DNA of 64,000 bases from the NCBI GenBank assembly GCA_000004985.1, contig GG738872.1. One strand, written 5' to 3'. Origin of the DNA: Naegleria gruberi. Its lineage: Eukaryota. This document shows positions 53,385-63,851 of the stretch, piece after piece (within the stretch, counting starts at the first letter, position 1; every line of letters begins with the position of its first letter). The notes under the pieces are model-generated. The model searched no databases, was not told where the DNA came from, and saw nothing but the letters and a program-made list of their open reading frames with translations. The translations under genes and the position numbers were made by a program.

Positions 53385-55883
53385 ATGGAAGATAAATCTG
53401 CAATACATAACGATAACTATCAGGGGAGTGCTGTCGTTCTTGCTCGACTCAACAAACGGTCTTCTTCTATTGTTATTGGACATCAATCTAGTGATGACGA
53501 CATATCGATAGATGCAGAAGAGAATAGAAATAGCTCTCCCTTTTATAAATCTGTAAAGTTTTCGCTCTTAATGTTGGTAGGAGCTTCAGTACTACTCACA
53601 GTTGTACTTTTAACATTAATATGGATACCAACTTTTAGTTCTAGTATTTATACCCTAAGTGAAGCCAATAGGCTCAAAGAATTTAACTCTATAGTTTCCT
53701 TTGTTTCACAAACTGTGCGAGAGATTGTGATGGTTTCAGAGTCAAGTAAAAATTTGCTCAAATATGACTTTAATGTATCAGATGTGTCTGTAGTCGAACG
53801 AGCCATGTACCAAATTTATAAGAGCGAACAAAAATTTCACAAAGGCTTAACCTATTCGACCTACATTGGTGATTCATTTGGCAATTTGGTTGGCATTGTT
53901 GACTTGAATGGAAAGCACATGTTTGTACTTGTAGATAGTAACAACACGCAGTTATTTGAGTGTGTAGATATTTGGAAAAATGATTTGTGTGTTAGATCGC
54001 AAACACCCAACACCAGTGCACCAAGATTGGACATGAGTGTTGTTGTGGAGAGAGGGACCTTATTCTTAAACTCGCCCTCCTTCACTCTAAGCTATGTAGA
54101 TTCAAGGTTTCCCTACACTGTCTATATTACATTAGTGAATAGTGTGAGTAAGGCTGAAGATGCTTCCCTAGGAATTCCCTTTTCATTTTATTTTGGTTAT
54201 GATATCTCAACGACACGAATTTCGAACTATCTCAATAGTGAATCCTCAGATATACCCAACTCATTGGCCTACATTCTAGAGTCATCAACAGGCAATATTA
54301 TTTCCAGTAGTTTCAATGATTTTTACTATGGAACACCAAATGCTAGATCCTCAATTACTAATTTCCCAGGTGGAGGAAGAAATAAGTATATTGCGGAGAC
54401 TATTCTCGGCAACTTGAATTCAAACATTAGAAATCTGAGGTGTGGTGAGCAGTTGTTTCTCTCACCAGGTGATGAATACATAACAGCCCACAGAATTTGC
54501 CTCGAAGAGAACATTGATTGGATTATTGTTTTTGCAGTGAAACAATGGACCTATGTTTCTACAATGGTTGTGGCAATTGTGGTTGCTCTTGTTGCAAGTA
54601 CAGTTGTTACAATTATTGGATTCATCATTGGAATTTTCTTTTCTTTGAAAATGGTGGAGCCATTCGACTCTCTCATTGCAATGGTCAGGTCCGTCTCTTA
54701 TATGGACTTTGCTCTTCCAAAGATTGAACCATCCTTCTTCTCTGAATTGTCAGATTTACAACAAAACTTTTTACTCATGATTAGTAAAATTAAGAGCTAC
54801 AGAGCCTTCATTCCAAGTCACCTTCTTTCAGAATTGGATGCTCCTAATGAGAAGGCTCTTGTGGAGGATATTCAAAATAAGAAACCATCTGGAAATTTGG
54901 TGAGAAGACTCTCCTCTTCAAAGAGATTATCTCAGGGAGCACTAAGGAAGACTATGGTATTTGCACAGAAGGATAGATTTGCTCTCGGATTGGAAGACAG
55001 ATGTATCAGCCAAGTCTGTATTTACATTCAAGGATTCAAAACAATAACAGAAGATTGTGATTTGAAAGACATTGTCTTTTTATTGGGAGAAATTTATGAT
55101 TCCCTTATAAAGACAAGCAAAACCACAGGAGGTCAAATTGGATTATTCGAAAATAACTTGGTAACCATGTCTTGGAACGCAACAAAGGATCAACCAAAAC
55201 ATGAACTTAAGGCACTAAGCACAGCAACCTCATTCTTACAAAAAATTAACATTATCAAAGAAACCAGATGGAGATCGTATGAAGTCTTCAGAACATTCCC
55301 AAAACTCTTAGAGAATATTCATTTTAGAGTATCAGTTTCATCCCAATTGTGTCAGTGTGGTAATATTGGTACTGAAGAATTTAAGAGTTTTACAATCCTA
55401 GGAAGTATACAAAAGAACCTTTTCAGTCTTGTAAATATTGCAAAACAATTCAATCTTGGAGTGTTAGTGACTGAAGATATTCACTCTGCATGTGTAACAA
55501 ATTTTACAATGAGATATATTGAAAATGTAGACCTCGCTGTAGATGTAAGAAGGGCAAGAAATAATTTTGCAGAACCTCTCAAACAAAAAAGCACAAAACT
55601 ATATGAAGTTGGAGAAAGTACAGCTGTTAATATTGATGAGTGGATGTACGAGCTTCAAGAAAAGGAAAAGAAGGAAAGGTGGTTAAATTACAATAGAGCT
55701 ACCTTGTCCTTCTTTGAAAAGGATTACAATGAAGCAATTACATTAATGGATGAATTTTTGAAAAAGTTTCCAGATGATTTACCAGCACTTCACTTTAAAG
55801 CAAAATGTTATTCATACTTGGGAAACATCTCTCATGTTGAATCTCTAGAGGTATTAAGAAAGAACAGTTTCAAAGATAAATAA
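53385..55883 (+). CDS. Receptor-type cyclase-homology (pseudo-cyclase) protein, 832 aa, single exon. Paralog of the gene at 14687..17128. Carries C-terminal TPR-like helices.
   Basis: - Start codon: ATG at 53385.
- Architecture: N-terminal TM anchor (FSLLMLVGASVLLTVVLLTLIWI), ectodomain, second TM (AVKQWTYVSTMVVAIVVALVASTVVTIIGFIIGIFF), linker (MVEPFDSLIAMVRSVSYMDF...KIKSYRAFIPSHLLSEL), then a cyclase-like domain.
- Cyclase-like motifs: VCIYIQGFKTITE ... GGQIGLFENNLVTMSW ... FRVSVSSQLCQCGNIGTEEFKSFTILGSIQKNLFSL.
- The Asp-to-Q and IGD-to-FEN substitutions are the same as in the paralog. Confidence 0.65.
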   Translation: MEDKSAIHNDNYQGSAVVLARLNKRSSSIVIGHQSSDDDISIDAEENRNSSPFYKSVKFSLLMLVGASVLLTVVLLTLIWIPTFSSSIYTLSEANRLKEFNSIVSFVSQTVREIVMVSESSKNLLKYDFNVSDVSVVERAMYQIYKSEQKFHKGLTYSTYIGDSFGNLVGIVDLNGKHMFVLVDSNNTQLFECVDIWKNDLCVRSQTPNTSAPRLDMSVVVERGTLFLNSPSFTLSYVDSRFPYTVYITLVNSVSKAEDASLGIPFSFYFGYDISTTRISNYLNSESSDIPNSLAYILESSTGNIISSSFNDFYYGTPNARSSITNFPGGGRNKYIAETILGNLNSNIRNLRCGEQLFLSPGDEYITAHRICLEENIDWIIVFAVKQWTYVSTMVVAIVVALVASTVVTIIGFIIGIFFSLKMVEPFDSLIAMVRSVSYMDFALPKIEPSFFSELSDLQQNFLLMISKIKSYRAFIPSHLLSELDAPNEKALVEDIQNKKPSGNLVRRLSSSKRLSQGALRKTMVFAQKDRFALGLEDRCISQVCIYIQGFKTITEDCDLKDIVFLLGEIYDSLIKTSKTTGGQIGLFENNLVTMSWNATKDQPKHELKALSTATSFLQKINIIKETRWRSYEVFRTFPKLLENIHFRVSVSSQLCQCGNIGTEEFKSFTILGSIQKNLFSLVNIAKQFNLGVLVTEDIHSACVTNFTMRYIENVDLAVDVRRARNNFAEPLKQKSTKLYEVGESTAVNIDEWMYELQEKEKKERWLNYNRATLSFFEKDYNEAITLMDEFLKKFPDDLPALHFKAKCYSYLGNISHVESLEVLRKNSFKDK

Positions 55884-55979
55884 CATACTACTACTAGGTT
55901 GACAGCTAAAGAATCTGATGTGCAACAAATCAACAAGTGATTTGTGAAAATAAACAATAAGGATCTCACATCATAAAAA

Positions 55980-58820
55980 ATGGGTAAACATCAAGACAGC
56001 ACTGCATCATCTGCTCCCAATAATCTGTCTTCCAGTTGGAAGATTTGTATGGTGTTGATTTTCTCCGTTATTTTATTTAATTTATTACATGGTGTGAAAT
56101 CTTCATCCGATCCAACAACTACCACCACAATTACTGCCAATGATTTTATTAGAACAATAGCAACAGAACAATATGATCGAACATTGTTACCTACTAGAAG
56201 AAATCAAGCAAGTGTCATGTCTCTGATGCTTCCTAAATTCATTAACATTCAACCATCAGGTCTTCAAAATTCCTTTCCCTATAAACTCTTCCTCTACAGA
56301 GAGAATGAACAACAAGACTCAACACAGGAACAACAACAGAAGGTTAGATTGGATGGTTTTCCACTCTTGTTCATTCCACAGGCACAACATGGATCCTATG
56401 CAGATGCCAAATCACTTGCATCAACTTTATATGAATTGAATGGACATTCAGAATATAGAAAAGAGGTCTATACTCAAGCTAGTTATATTCATCAAATGAC
56501 CAATGACATGACCTCTTCCAATAGATTTGGTTTCAATGACACCAATGATAAATCATCAGAAGAAAAGAATGATGAAGGTCAATTGATTGGATTTGATGTT
56601 TTCACAATTGACTTTAATGATGGAGAATGGAGTAATTTTCACAGTGGACTTCAAAAGAGACAAGAGGAATACATTAAACAAATTGTAGAGTTTATTCTAA
56701 AGGGACTTTATAAGGGATATCACAACAAGTTAATGATTGTTTCGTATAATAGTGAGCATGGATTTGAGAAAGTTTCGGATAGTGTTTATTTGGCTGTTAC
56801 AATTCAAGCTGGAAATGGAAAGATTTTGTGGAATATGCCAGGAAAGGAAAAGAAGGAAGTTAAAATTCCTGAAATGATTAACATTTTGGGAACTAGTACC
56901 ATTCCACATATTTTCTCAAATATGGACAAGTCTGCAATGAGATGGACTAAACAATTGCAACAAGTTTTGGCAAGTATTTTGCTTAGTATTGGAAATTCAG
57001 GTGCCAATTCTGAACATGGCAATTTGGACATGTCTGTAGAGGATAGAGATTTGATCATTTCACAATATCTTTCTCTCAAAACCAATTCAATTCCAGATTC
57101 TCTCTTGTGGGACGACTATGCAGCCAAGAGAGAAAATGTTAAGAAGGTTACACTCGGTAATAAGGAAATTGTCGAGTTGAGTCTTGGAAAGATTGAAACT
57201 GTTAAATTTGGAAATCAAAAGGTCTTGTATTACATGTTGAATACTGATGCTTTGCAAGAGGAGGTCAATACCATCTATATTTTCACAAACTTCTTCAGAC
57301 ACGAAGTGGATATCTTTATGAGCGAGGACCATAAAGTGGGTGGAGAAGATAATGGACCTACTGTCGTCTCTAAATCAATTTTCAAACTCTACAAGCAACA
57401 AATTACAATGTTGCCTTACTTGGAAACTGATGAAGATCATTTGGAAAGATACAATTCCAATCAACAAGTTGCCAAGGTCATGATTAAGATTCCTAATATT
57501 AAGGATCAAGTTGCTAAGAGAAAGATTTATGTGAGACTCACTAGTTTGTATACCAATGAAGAATTATCAATGGGAGCTGAGGAATCCTATCCGGATCGTT
57601 ACTTGGTTGCCTCTTCTCATCCAGGAACATGGAAGGAAACATCAAAGAACTTTATCAAACCGCATGTCATTGAGAATACTAGTGATTTATCTGTTGATTT
57701 CTGGAAGAGCGGTGTTAGTGTTAAATCTCCAAGTCCATACATTGTTTTGACTCATTTACCATTGACCTACTCTTACAAAATGTCAGTGATTAATACTCAC
57801 TGCTCTGATTTGTATCCAGTTGTGCAATTCCATTATGGTAGCATGTTTGAGTTTGAATCTCAATATATTCCATTGAGATATTGTGGAGAAAATATCATTG
57901 ATCTTCAATTCCTCAATTTGACTGACATTTCCGATAGAAATGATGAGAAATTGAAGGGAATTGCCGTCTACTTTTTGAATACCAATGAAAATCAAACAGA
58001 ATTTGAAGTGAGCTTCAAGGTAGATTTGGAAGAATCTTTCATTCACACCATTACCACTCAACATCTTCACACATTGGCTTGTGATATCTTTGTCATTGTT
58101 GTCATATTGCTTGCTTTCGAACATTTGAAATTGTCTCCAATTGTCTCATCCATTCTAATGCTCATTTTGTGTCCAGCAATTGCCTTCTTGCAATATCTCA
58201 CTATGGGTAAAGTTTTATACATTACCGACATGAGCTTGATTAATTTGAGTGTTTGCTTGATTTATTCATGGGTTGCTGTCTTGTTGGTCATTCTTGCATT
58301 GAGAATTATCACTCTAGTTTTTGGAGTGGCTGCAAAACTCATTCCTTCCTCTTTTGTAATGGCCATTTCTGTTGCTCTCTTCACAGCAAGTTTTGCTTTT
58401 GATCCAGCTCTTCCTTTCACTCTCTTGACATTCATTTATATTTTCAAACATTCATCTCAATCAAACATGACAAGTGTCTTGTACATGTTAGTTTCCTTAG
58501 TATTAATGGGTCCAAGTACTTTTGCTTTTATTAAGGAATGGAATTATTGGATTGAATTGAAGAAACCAACACAAACCATCTTTTCAGTTTTACCTGCATC
58601 TGTCTTGACAAGAGTTTGCTCACCAATCATGTTGATTCCATTCTATTTGAATGCATTGGAATTGAGATGGTTAAAGGTGAAATCATTTGGAAATTTGGTT
58701 GGCTTGTTGACTTTATTGAGTGGAATTTTGTTGGCAATTGTGGCCAAGATTGAAACGTATTATATTATTCCAGTGTTGGCATTTGTTGTCATTTTGAATG
58801 TTGTTTCGACCAGAAATTAA
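55980..58820 (+). CDS. Hypothetical multi-pass membrane protein, 946 aa: N-terminal signal anchor, an about 650-aa lumenal/extracellular domain, then about 7-8 C-terminal TMs
   Basis: ATG at 55980. Hydrophobic blocks start at LACDIFVIVVILLAF and run to the C-terminus. No family signature recognised. Confidence 0.45.
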   Translation: MGKHQDSTASSAPNNLSSSWKICMVLIFSVILFNLLHGVKSSSDPTTTTTITANDFIRTIATEQYDRTLLPTRRNQASVMSLMLPKFINIQPSGLQNSFPYKLFLYRENEQQDSTQEQQQKVRLDGFPLLFIPQAQHGSYADAKSLASTLYELNGHSEYRKEVYTQASYIHQMTNDMTSSNRFGFNDTNDKSSEEKNDEGQLIGFDVFTIDFNDGEWSNFHSGLQKRQEEYIKQIVEFILKGLYKGYHNKLMIVSYNSEHGFEKVSDSVYLAVTIQAGNGKILWNMPGKEKKEVKIPEMINILGTSTIPHIFSNMDKSAMRWTKQLQQVLASILLSIGNSGANSEHGNLDMSVEDRDLIISQYLSLKTNSIPDSLLWDDYAAKRENVKKVTLGNKEIVELSLGKIETVKFGNQKVLYYMLNTDALQEEVNTIYIFTNFFRHEVDIFMSEDHKVGGEDNGPTVVSKSIFKLYKQQITMLPYLETDEDHLERYNSNQQVAKVMIKIPNIKDQVAKRKIYVRLTSLYTNEELSMGAEESYPDRYLVASSHPGTWKETSKNFIKPHVIENTSDLSVDFWKSGVSVKSPSPYIVLTHLPLTYSYKMSVINTHCSDLYPVVQFHYGSMFEFESQYIPLRYCGENIIDLQFLNLTDISDRNDEKLKGIAVYFLNTNENQTEFEVSFKVDLEESFIHTITTQHLHTLACDIFVIVVILLAFEHLKLSPIVSSILMLILCPAIAFLQYLTMGKVLYITDMSLINLSVCLIYSWVAVLLVILALRIITLVFGVAAKLIPSSFVMAISVALFTASFAFDPALPFTLLTFIYIFKHSSQSNMTSVLYMLVSLVLMGPSTFAFIKEWNYWIELKKPTQTIFSVLPASVLTRVCSPIMLIPFYLNALELRWLKVKSFGNLVGLLTLLSGILLAIVAKIETYYIIPVLAFVVILNVVSTRN

Positions 58821-58896
58821 TAATGAAATAAAAATCTTAATTTTTTTAAGGATTATTAGAATCGATAATGTTATTATTTCAATCAACTAATTACGT

Positions 58897-59619
58897 TTAT
58901 TGAGAAGCAGATGATGAATTTGATGATGAATTATTAGCAGCAACTTCAGAAGAAAGTAATTGATCGAACCAATAATCATTGACAACTCTCTTTGATTTGG
59001 TCAACAAGGTTTGCAATTCTTTCAAGCTCTCTACTTGCTCGTCAATTAATCTTTGAAGGTACCCAGTTAATGCAAAGTCCTTTTGTTGTTCAGCTCTGTG
59101 ATACAAGTGTGAAATTTTATCATAAACCATTCTTTCAGTTTCGATTGCCAATTCGAACCCTTTAGTAGCCATATGTAATTGACCAGTACTATCACTTGAA
59201 TCAAAAACGTCTGCAAACTCAGGTGGTGCATTGATCACAGTGAATTTAACCTTTCCTCCTCTAGAATTTTGATAATTAATCAAAGATTGAGCATGTGTTC
59301 TTTCTTCACTTGCCTGGTTGTGGAAATAACTTGCAACACCTGGCAAGGCAATAGTTGGCTGAGCAAAATAAGTTGCCAATGCTGTGTAAAAGTAACTAGC
59401 ATTCAATTCATGATTAATTTGTTCATTGACAAGTTTTTCACATTCAACAGTGTAATTGTAACGAATCTTGTTGAGAGTTGGATTAGAATTGTCGAGTTGG
59501 AAGGATTGGGAGTGGAAAGAACGAAGGGATGTTGTTGATGAGAAAAAGTTGGTTGTATGGGTGTTTCTGATTGACTTCGTGGTCAATTGGGTGAGAATTC
59601 GTCTAGTGTTGTTGATCAT
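58897..59619 (-). CDS. Ferritin with an about 50-aa N-terminal presequence (organelle-targeting-like), 240 aa
   Basis: - Start codon: ATG at 59619.
- Core: NYTVECEKLVNEQINHELNASYFYTALATYF...LPGVASYFHNQASEERTHAQSLINYQNSRGGKV.
- It matches the ferritin ferroxidase-centre region: E..VN..IN.EL.ASY.Y....YF......L.G...FF...A.EE..HA..L...QN.RGG.
- The N-terminus MINNTRRILTQLTTKSIRNTHTTNFFSSTTSLRSF is rich in Arg/Ser/Thr and lacks acidic residues. Confidence 0.8.
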   Translation of the reverse strand: MINNTRRILTQLTTKSIRNTHTTNFFSSTTSLRSFHSQSFQLDNSNPTLNKIRYNYTVECEKLVNEQINHELNASYFYTALATYFAQPTIALPGVASYFHNQASEERTHAQSLINYQNSRGGKVKFTVINAPPEFADVFDSSDSTGQLHMATKGFELAIETERMVYDKISHLYHRAEQQKDFALTGYLQRLIDEQVESLKELQTLLTKSKRVVNDYWFDQLLSSEVAANNSSSNSSSASQ

Positions 59620-59927
59620 TTTTTTTGTTAGTTTTGATCTCTGTCAATCAAGGATGTTGCAAAGATGACGACATCTTTGAGGATCACTTTACAATGTATA
59701 CCTTTAGAAAATTTTGAATGTGAATATTTAAATTTACTTAAATATTATTTTAATTAACTTAATCAGCAAATTAATTTTGTGAATCTTCATAGAATTATCA
59801 AAATAAATTGTAAATCCAAATCATCATTGAAGGATATTCCAAGTTAGTTGAATTCCAAACCAAACCACCCATACTGTAAGGTAAAACTATTTCACTTTTG
59901 AACAATAGATTGTTCAAAATGGTACTT

Positions 59928-61820
59928 TTACACTCTATTTTCTGGAACTACATTGTGATGACGAATGAGCAATTTGGTAGGTGAAGAAACAATGGCAATA
60001 TTATTGGGTGATCTTGGAGCAGAGACAGAATCTCTTGTCTTGTAAAATTTCTCAGTTTCCAAAGTCTCCAACAATGGGATAAACACAAAGTAAACAATAA
60101 TTAAAAAGCAAACTAATACATCGCAACAAATAAAATTCACAACGTTGAAAAAGCGAACCAGAACATCATAAAGTAATGAGGTTGGCTCTACATTAATGGA
60201 TTGAATGATAGTAAAGAGAACCTCACCACTTTTCCCGAATATTCCAAAAACTGTGAAAAAGCATGTAATGATGATTTGACATGCCAGAACTTTCCTCTTT
60301 AACCTCTTGTTAATTAACTTTCTATAGAGCTTGACACTGTAAAAGTTAAAGGTAATGAAAAATGAAAAATAGAAGGAAATGTAAATAAGGAGAGAACTCA
60401 ATGGAAATGCACAATAACCTCCATATCGTGTCAAGTGACTATAAATAAACTCTAATTTGTGATGTTGAATATTATAGCTTAACACTACATCAACAATAAT
60501 TGAAGCTATTTGAAGAATAGTAAAGAATGAAGTTAGAATGAGTGTACGTATGAAAATGTTGGTGTTTTCCTTTCTGACATTGATGGTAAGATGGGTTCTT
60601 TGGAATTCTTGGACGGACGGTGCATTATTCTTGATAAAGCTTTGCCCATGGTCTCTAGATCTTGGTGATATTTGGATTGGTTCCTCCTTATTACTGCTTG
60701 AATCACTTCGAGGAGATTTGTGAGAGTGTGATTCGGATTTTCTTCTAGAATGATTTCTATCAGAGGTAGATGGTGGCCTTTCTACAATATTTTTACTCGC
60801 AGAGCTAGATCTAAGTAGGGGTTTTACAGACCCATCATCTATTGTAACACCAGTCAAGTGATTATTCTCAGGCAAGTCAAGTTTAGATTCCTCATCAACG
60901 ACAACATCCACCACAGAGGTAGACCTAGCAAGTTTTGGTTTCTTATCTTTTAACTCTTCATCTTCTGCTGCAGTTGTTGTGGTAGCAGCAGCTATTGAAA
61001 CCTTGCTTTTAGGTACTGTTTTTGTAAAGTGAGTATCAGTTTTCTTACTAGGAGTGAGTGTATGACTAAGGATGAATAGCACTGAACATGTAGCAAGTAC
61101 AAATCCGAAAAATTCGAAAGGTTGTATTATTCTACATGCAATGTTATTAGAAATACTGGAAGAGTCATAACTGGTATTTGGATTCTTAATTTCAGTCCAC
61201 CAAGGTTGTTGAAACAGTAATACTAGAATACCAAAGAAGGAATGCACAATAGCACCCAGAAGAGCAATAACTCTCGAAGGCCACAATGATAAGAAATAAT
61301 TCTTTCTATTTCTTATCAGTACAATTAGAGTAATCAGGTAAAAGAGCAAGGTGAGTGTACAAATACTAACTCCCACATATTCCAGCACTGAATCAACTGT
61401 TTGCATACTCTCCGATGCTTCCTTATCATCTGTTATATTGAAAGGTATTGATAAATCCTGTTTTGAAGTTGGAAAATAATTGAAAATGTTAGAAGTTGTT
61501 GTAGTTATTAAATTATCATGTTGATGTGAAGATGAAGAAGAAGATGAAAATATCGAAAATACTGATTCTAATGATGATTGATCTTGTTGTATTAAATTAT
61601 TTAAATTAGCAGCAATATGGTTGTATGAAGAAGAACCCGACGAGAATGAACTCTCTAATTCCTTCTGCCTATAATCACTCTTTGTTATCCACGGTGATAC
61701 TGATGATGATGATGATAAGAAGTCCTTCAGAGATGATACTGCCCCCACCACTGAAGATGATGCCGATAGAAAATCACCAACGGCTTGCCTCAGCAGCAGC
61801 AACATTGTACTATCAGCCAT
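59928..61820 (-). CDS. Putative seven-transmembrane receptor-like protein with a long Ser-rich third cytosolic loop, about 630 aa
   Basis: The first ATG is at 61820 (MADSTMLLLL); the ORF-track start at 61853 is a TTG. Seven hydrophobic helices were counted by eye. An about 190-aa S/T/R-rich loop sits between helices 3 and 4. Confidence 0.45.
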   Translation of the reverse strand: MADSTMLLLLRQAVGDFLSASSSVVGAVSSLKDFLSSSSSVSPWITKSDYRQKELESSFSSGSSSYNHIAANLNNLIQQDQSSLESVFSIFSSSSSSSHQHDNLITTTTSNIFNYFPTSKQDLSIPFNITDDKEASESMQTVDSVLEYVGVSICTLTLLFYLITLIVLIRNRKNYFLSLWPSRVIALLGAIVHSFFGILVLLFQQPWWTEIKNPNTSYDSSSISNNIACRIIQPFEFFGFVLATCSVLFILSHTLTPSKKTDTHFTKTVPKSKVSIAAATTTTAAEDEELKDKKPKLARSTSVVDVVVDEESKLDLPENNHLTGVTIDDGSVKPLLRSSSASKNIVERPPSTSDRNHSRRKSESHSHKSPRSDSSSNKEEPIQISPRSRDHGQSFIKNNAPSVQEFQRTHLTINVRKENTNIFIRTLILTSFFTILQIASIIVDVVLSYNIQHHKLEFIYSHLTRYGGYCAFPLSSLLIYISFYFSFFITFNFYSVKLYRKLINKRLKRKVLACQIIITCFFTVFGIFGKSGEVLFTIIQSINVEPTSLLYDVLVRFFNVVNFICCDVLVCFLIIVYFVFIPLLETLETEKFYKTRDSVSAPRSPNNIAIVSSPTKLLIRHHNVVPENRV

Positions 61821-62213
61821 TTTTCTTTTCTTTTTGGCGCCAATTACTACCAAAATGTAACTGCTTTCTCCAAAATGTTCAACTAGCCGTTATCGAGTTT
61901 TTCTCCTATAGCTAAAACGAACGTTTAACTTTAAGGATATAAGAAAATATATTCACAGCTGAATGATCACACCTTTGCAAAGTGTTATTAGATGAAGGTT
62001 CATTATTTTATAAAAGGATCAAGAAGTGAATCAACTCTAAATTGGCTCTGGTCTTTTTCAAGCGAATATCCCCACAATATTATCAAAAGAAGATTGAAGA
62101 TAAGAATAAATTCATAACAATAACCAATAGATAGCACAATCCATTGGCCACACATAATGAACCTTGATCAAGTGAGTGCCGAAGAAGAAATTTCTTAACA
62201 ACAATAAGAAAAA

Positions 62214-63851
62214 ATGTTAGAACAAGTAACAACAGCAACAACATCGGTCGTTGGCAATAATAATACTATTAATAATAATAGCACTGGCAACAATGATCCA
62301 TCATCAAAGTCTACGAATGATGGGAGTGGTTTTACATTTGTTGGGCGATTTAATTTTAAAGTGAGAGCAGAAAGACAACATCACCACCATCATCACCATC
62401 ATCATCACAATCAACAAGAAGAAATTTGTAATCAGCATCATCAACATACAGAACAATGTGTTGGTCATCATCAACATGATAATTGTTGTGAGCATAAGAA
62501 TGGTGGTGAAGAAGAAATTCATTCCGATCAAAGTTGTTCTTCTGCCAAGCAAGAATGTAAACATGAACATCATCACCACCATCACCATCATCATCACGAT
62601 TATAAAACATTGAGTGTTTTGGTGATGGGCCATGCAACTGGTTCAATTTCATTGTTTGCTCAGGGAGCATCAAGCTTGCATACTGAAGAGAATGTTTCCA
62701 AATTTCCAATTTCTAACATTTTAAAGATGGAATCGAATATTATTTCTGATATTGATCAAGAGTATATTACAACTGCTATTACTAAAAAGAAGAATACCAT
62801 TAATTCGCAAAACTTTATTGTTACAAGTTCTGGTAATGGTGTGAAATTCTGGAAGATTGAAGCAAAGGAAAAACAGGGAATTATTGGATTTAAATTTACA
62901 TTGCTATTGGAAAGCGTACTTTCTAATTCAAAGATTGTTTCCCTACATAATTCACACGATTTAATTATTGCTATTGCTGAGAATGGAACAGTTGGTGTGT
63001 GGAAAATTAACATTGACGGACAAGTAGTTAAACTATCCCTCTATAATTTTGGAAGAATTCACAAAGTGGTGAGTGTTTGCTCTAGTAGAAAGGATAGAGT
63101 GAGGCCAAACGCAATTCTTGCCTATAGTTATTTGGCTGTGGCATTCTCTGATGGTATGATTGGAATTTACGAGCCAGATTATGATATTTTGAGAAATGAT
63201 ATTTCAAAAATTGGTGTAACTGAAGAGTACAATTCATTGAGGTATCAATTAGAGAATGTCATGACTCTCAGAATGATCATTCATGCCTTTGAGAACTTTA
63301 CTTGGAGTGGAGAGAATTTATCATTTGAGAAACCATTCAATGTTAGTAATGATGGTAAAACCTACGAGTTGTGCAATATTACTCTCCCTGAAAATAATGA
63401 ACAATTATACACTCTTATCAAACGAGATGGTGATTATGTGATAAAGGTTTTCAACTCGGCCACCTATGGTAAACATAGTACAGTTACAGAATTTACCACA
63501 GAAGCCATGGCTGAAGGAGTGCATTCTAACATTTTTGATATTAGAATTATAGGAGGTTTATTAGTTGTTTCGAGTGGAGACCTTGTCGAAGTTTATAATG
63601 CACAGAGCAAGAGTAGTAAATGGTGCTCTCTATTAAGCTACGAGGAGGAAGATACTCAGGAGTGTGATTTTGGAGTGCAAAGTATCTCATTTGATGGTAA
63701 GAGAGCTCTTCTCTTAGGTTGTACAGATTCACGTATTCGTGGTATTGTTTTGGATGTTCAACATCAACAACTTTTAGGGATGAATCATATTGATAATGAT
63801 TCACACGATTTGGAAACTTTTGAAGTGGATTTACCAACAACAATGAATTAA
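62214..63851 (+). CDS. His-rich protein, 545 aa: two His10 tracts plus a Cys/His cluster at the N-terminus, then a WD/beta-propeller-like region
   Basis: ATG at 62214. His tracts: RQHHHHHHHHHHNQQEEICNQHHQHTEQCVGHHQHDNCCEHK ... HEHHHHHHHHHHD. Later, repeated segments: GVKFWKIEAK ... GTVGVWKINIDGQ. Confidence 0.5.
   Translation: MLEQVTTATTSVVGNNNTINNNSTGNNDPSSKSTNDGSGFTFVGRFNFKVRAERQHHHHHHHHHHNQQEEICNQHHQHTEQCVGHHQHDNCCEHKNGGEEEIHSDQSCSSAKQECKHEHHHHHHHHHHDYKTLSVLVMGHATGSISLFAQGASSLHTEENVSKFPISNILKMESNIISDIDQEYITTAITKKKNTINSQNFIVTSSGNGVKFWKIEAKEKQGIIGFKFTLLLESVLSNSKIVSLHNSHDLIIAIAENGTVGVWKINIDGQVVKLSLYNFGRIHKVVSVCSSRKDRVRPNAILAYSYLAVAFSDGMIGIYEPDYDILRNDISKIGVTEEYNSLRYQLENVMTLRMIIHAFENFTWSGENLSFEKPFNVSNDGKTYELCNITLPENNEQLYTLIKRDGDYVIKVFNSATYGKHSTVTEFTTEAMAEGVHSNIFDIRIIGGLLVVSSGDLVEVYNAQSKSSKWCSLLSYEEEDTQECDFGVQSISFDGKRALLLGCTDSRIRGIVLDVQHQQLLGMNHIDNDSHDLETFEVDLPTTMN

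Noticed and set aside
62304-62709. Antisense ORFs 62304..62633 and 62356..62709 full of M/V/D runs
   Set aside because: These are the reverse complement of the CAT/CAC His-codon microsatellites in the His-rich gene, not independent genes.
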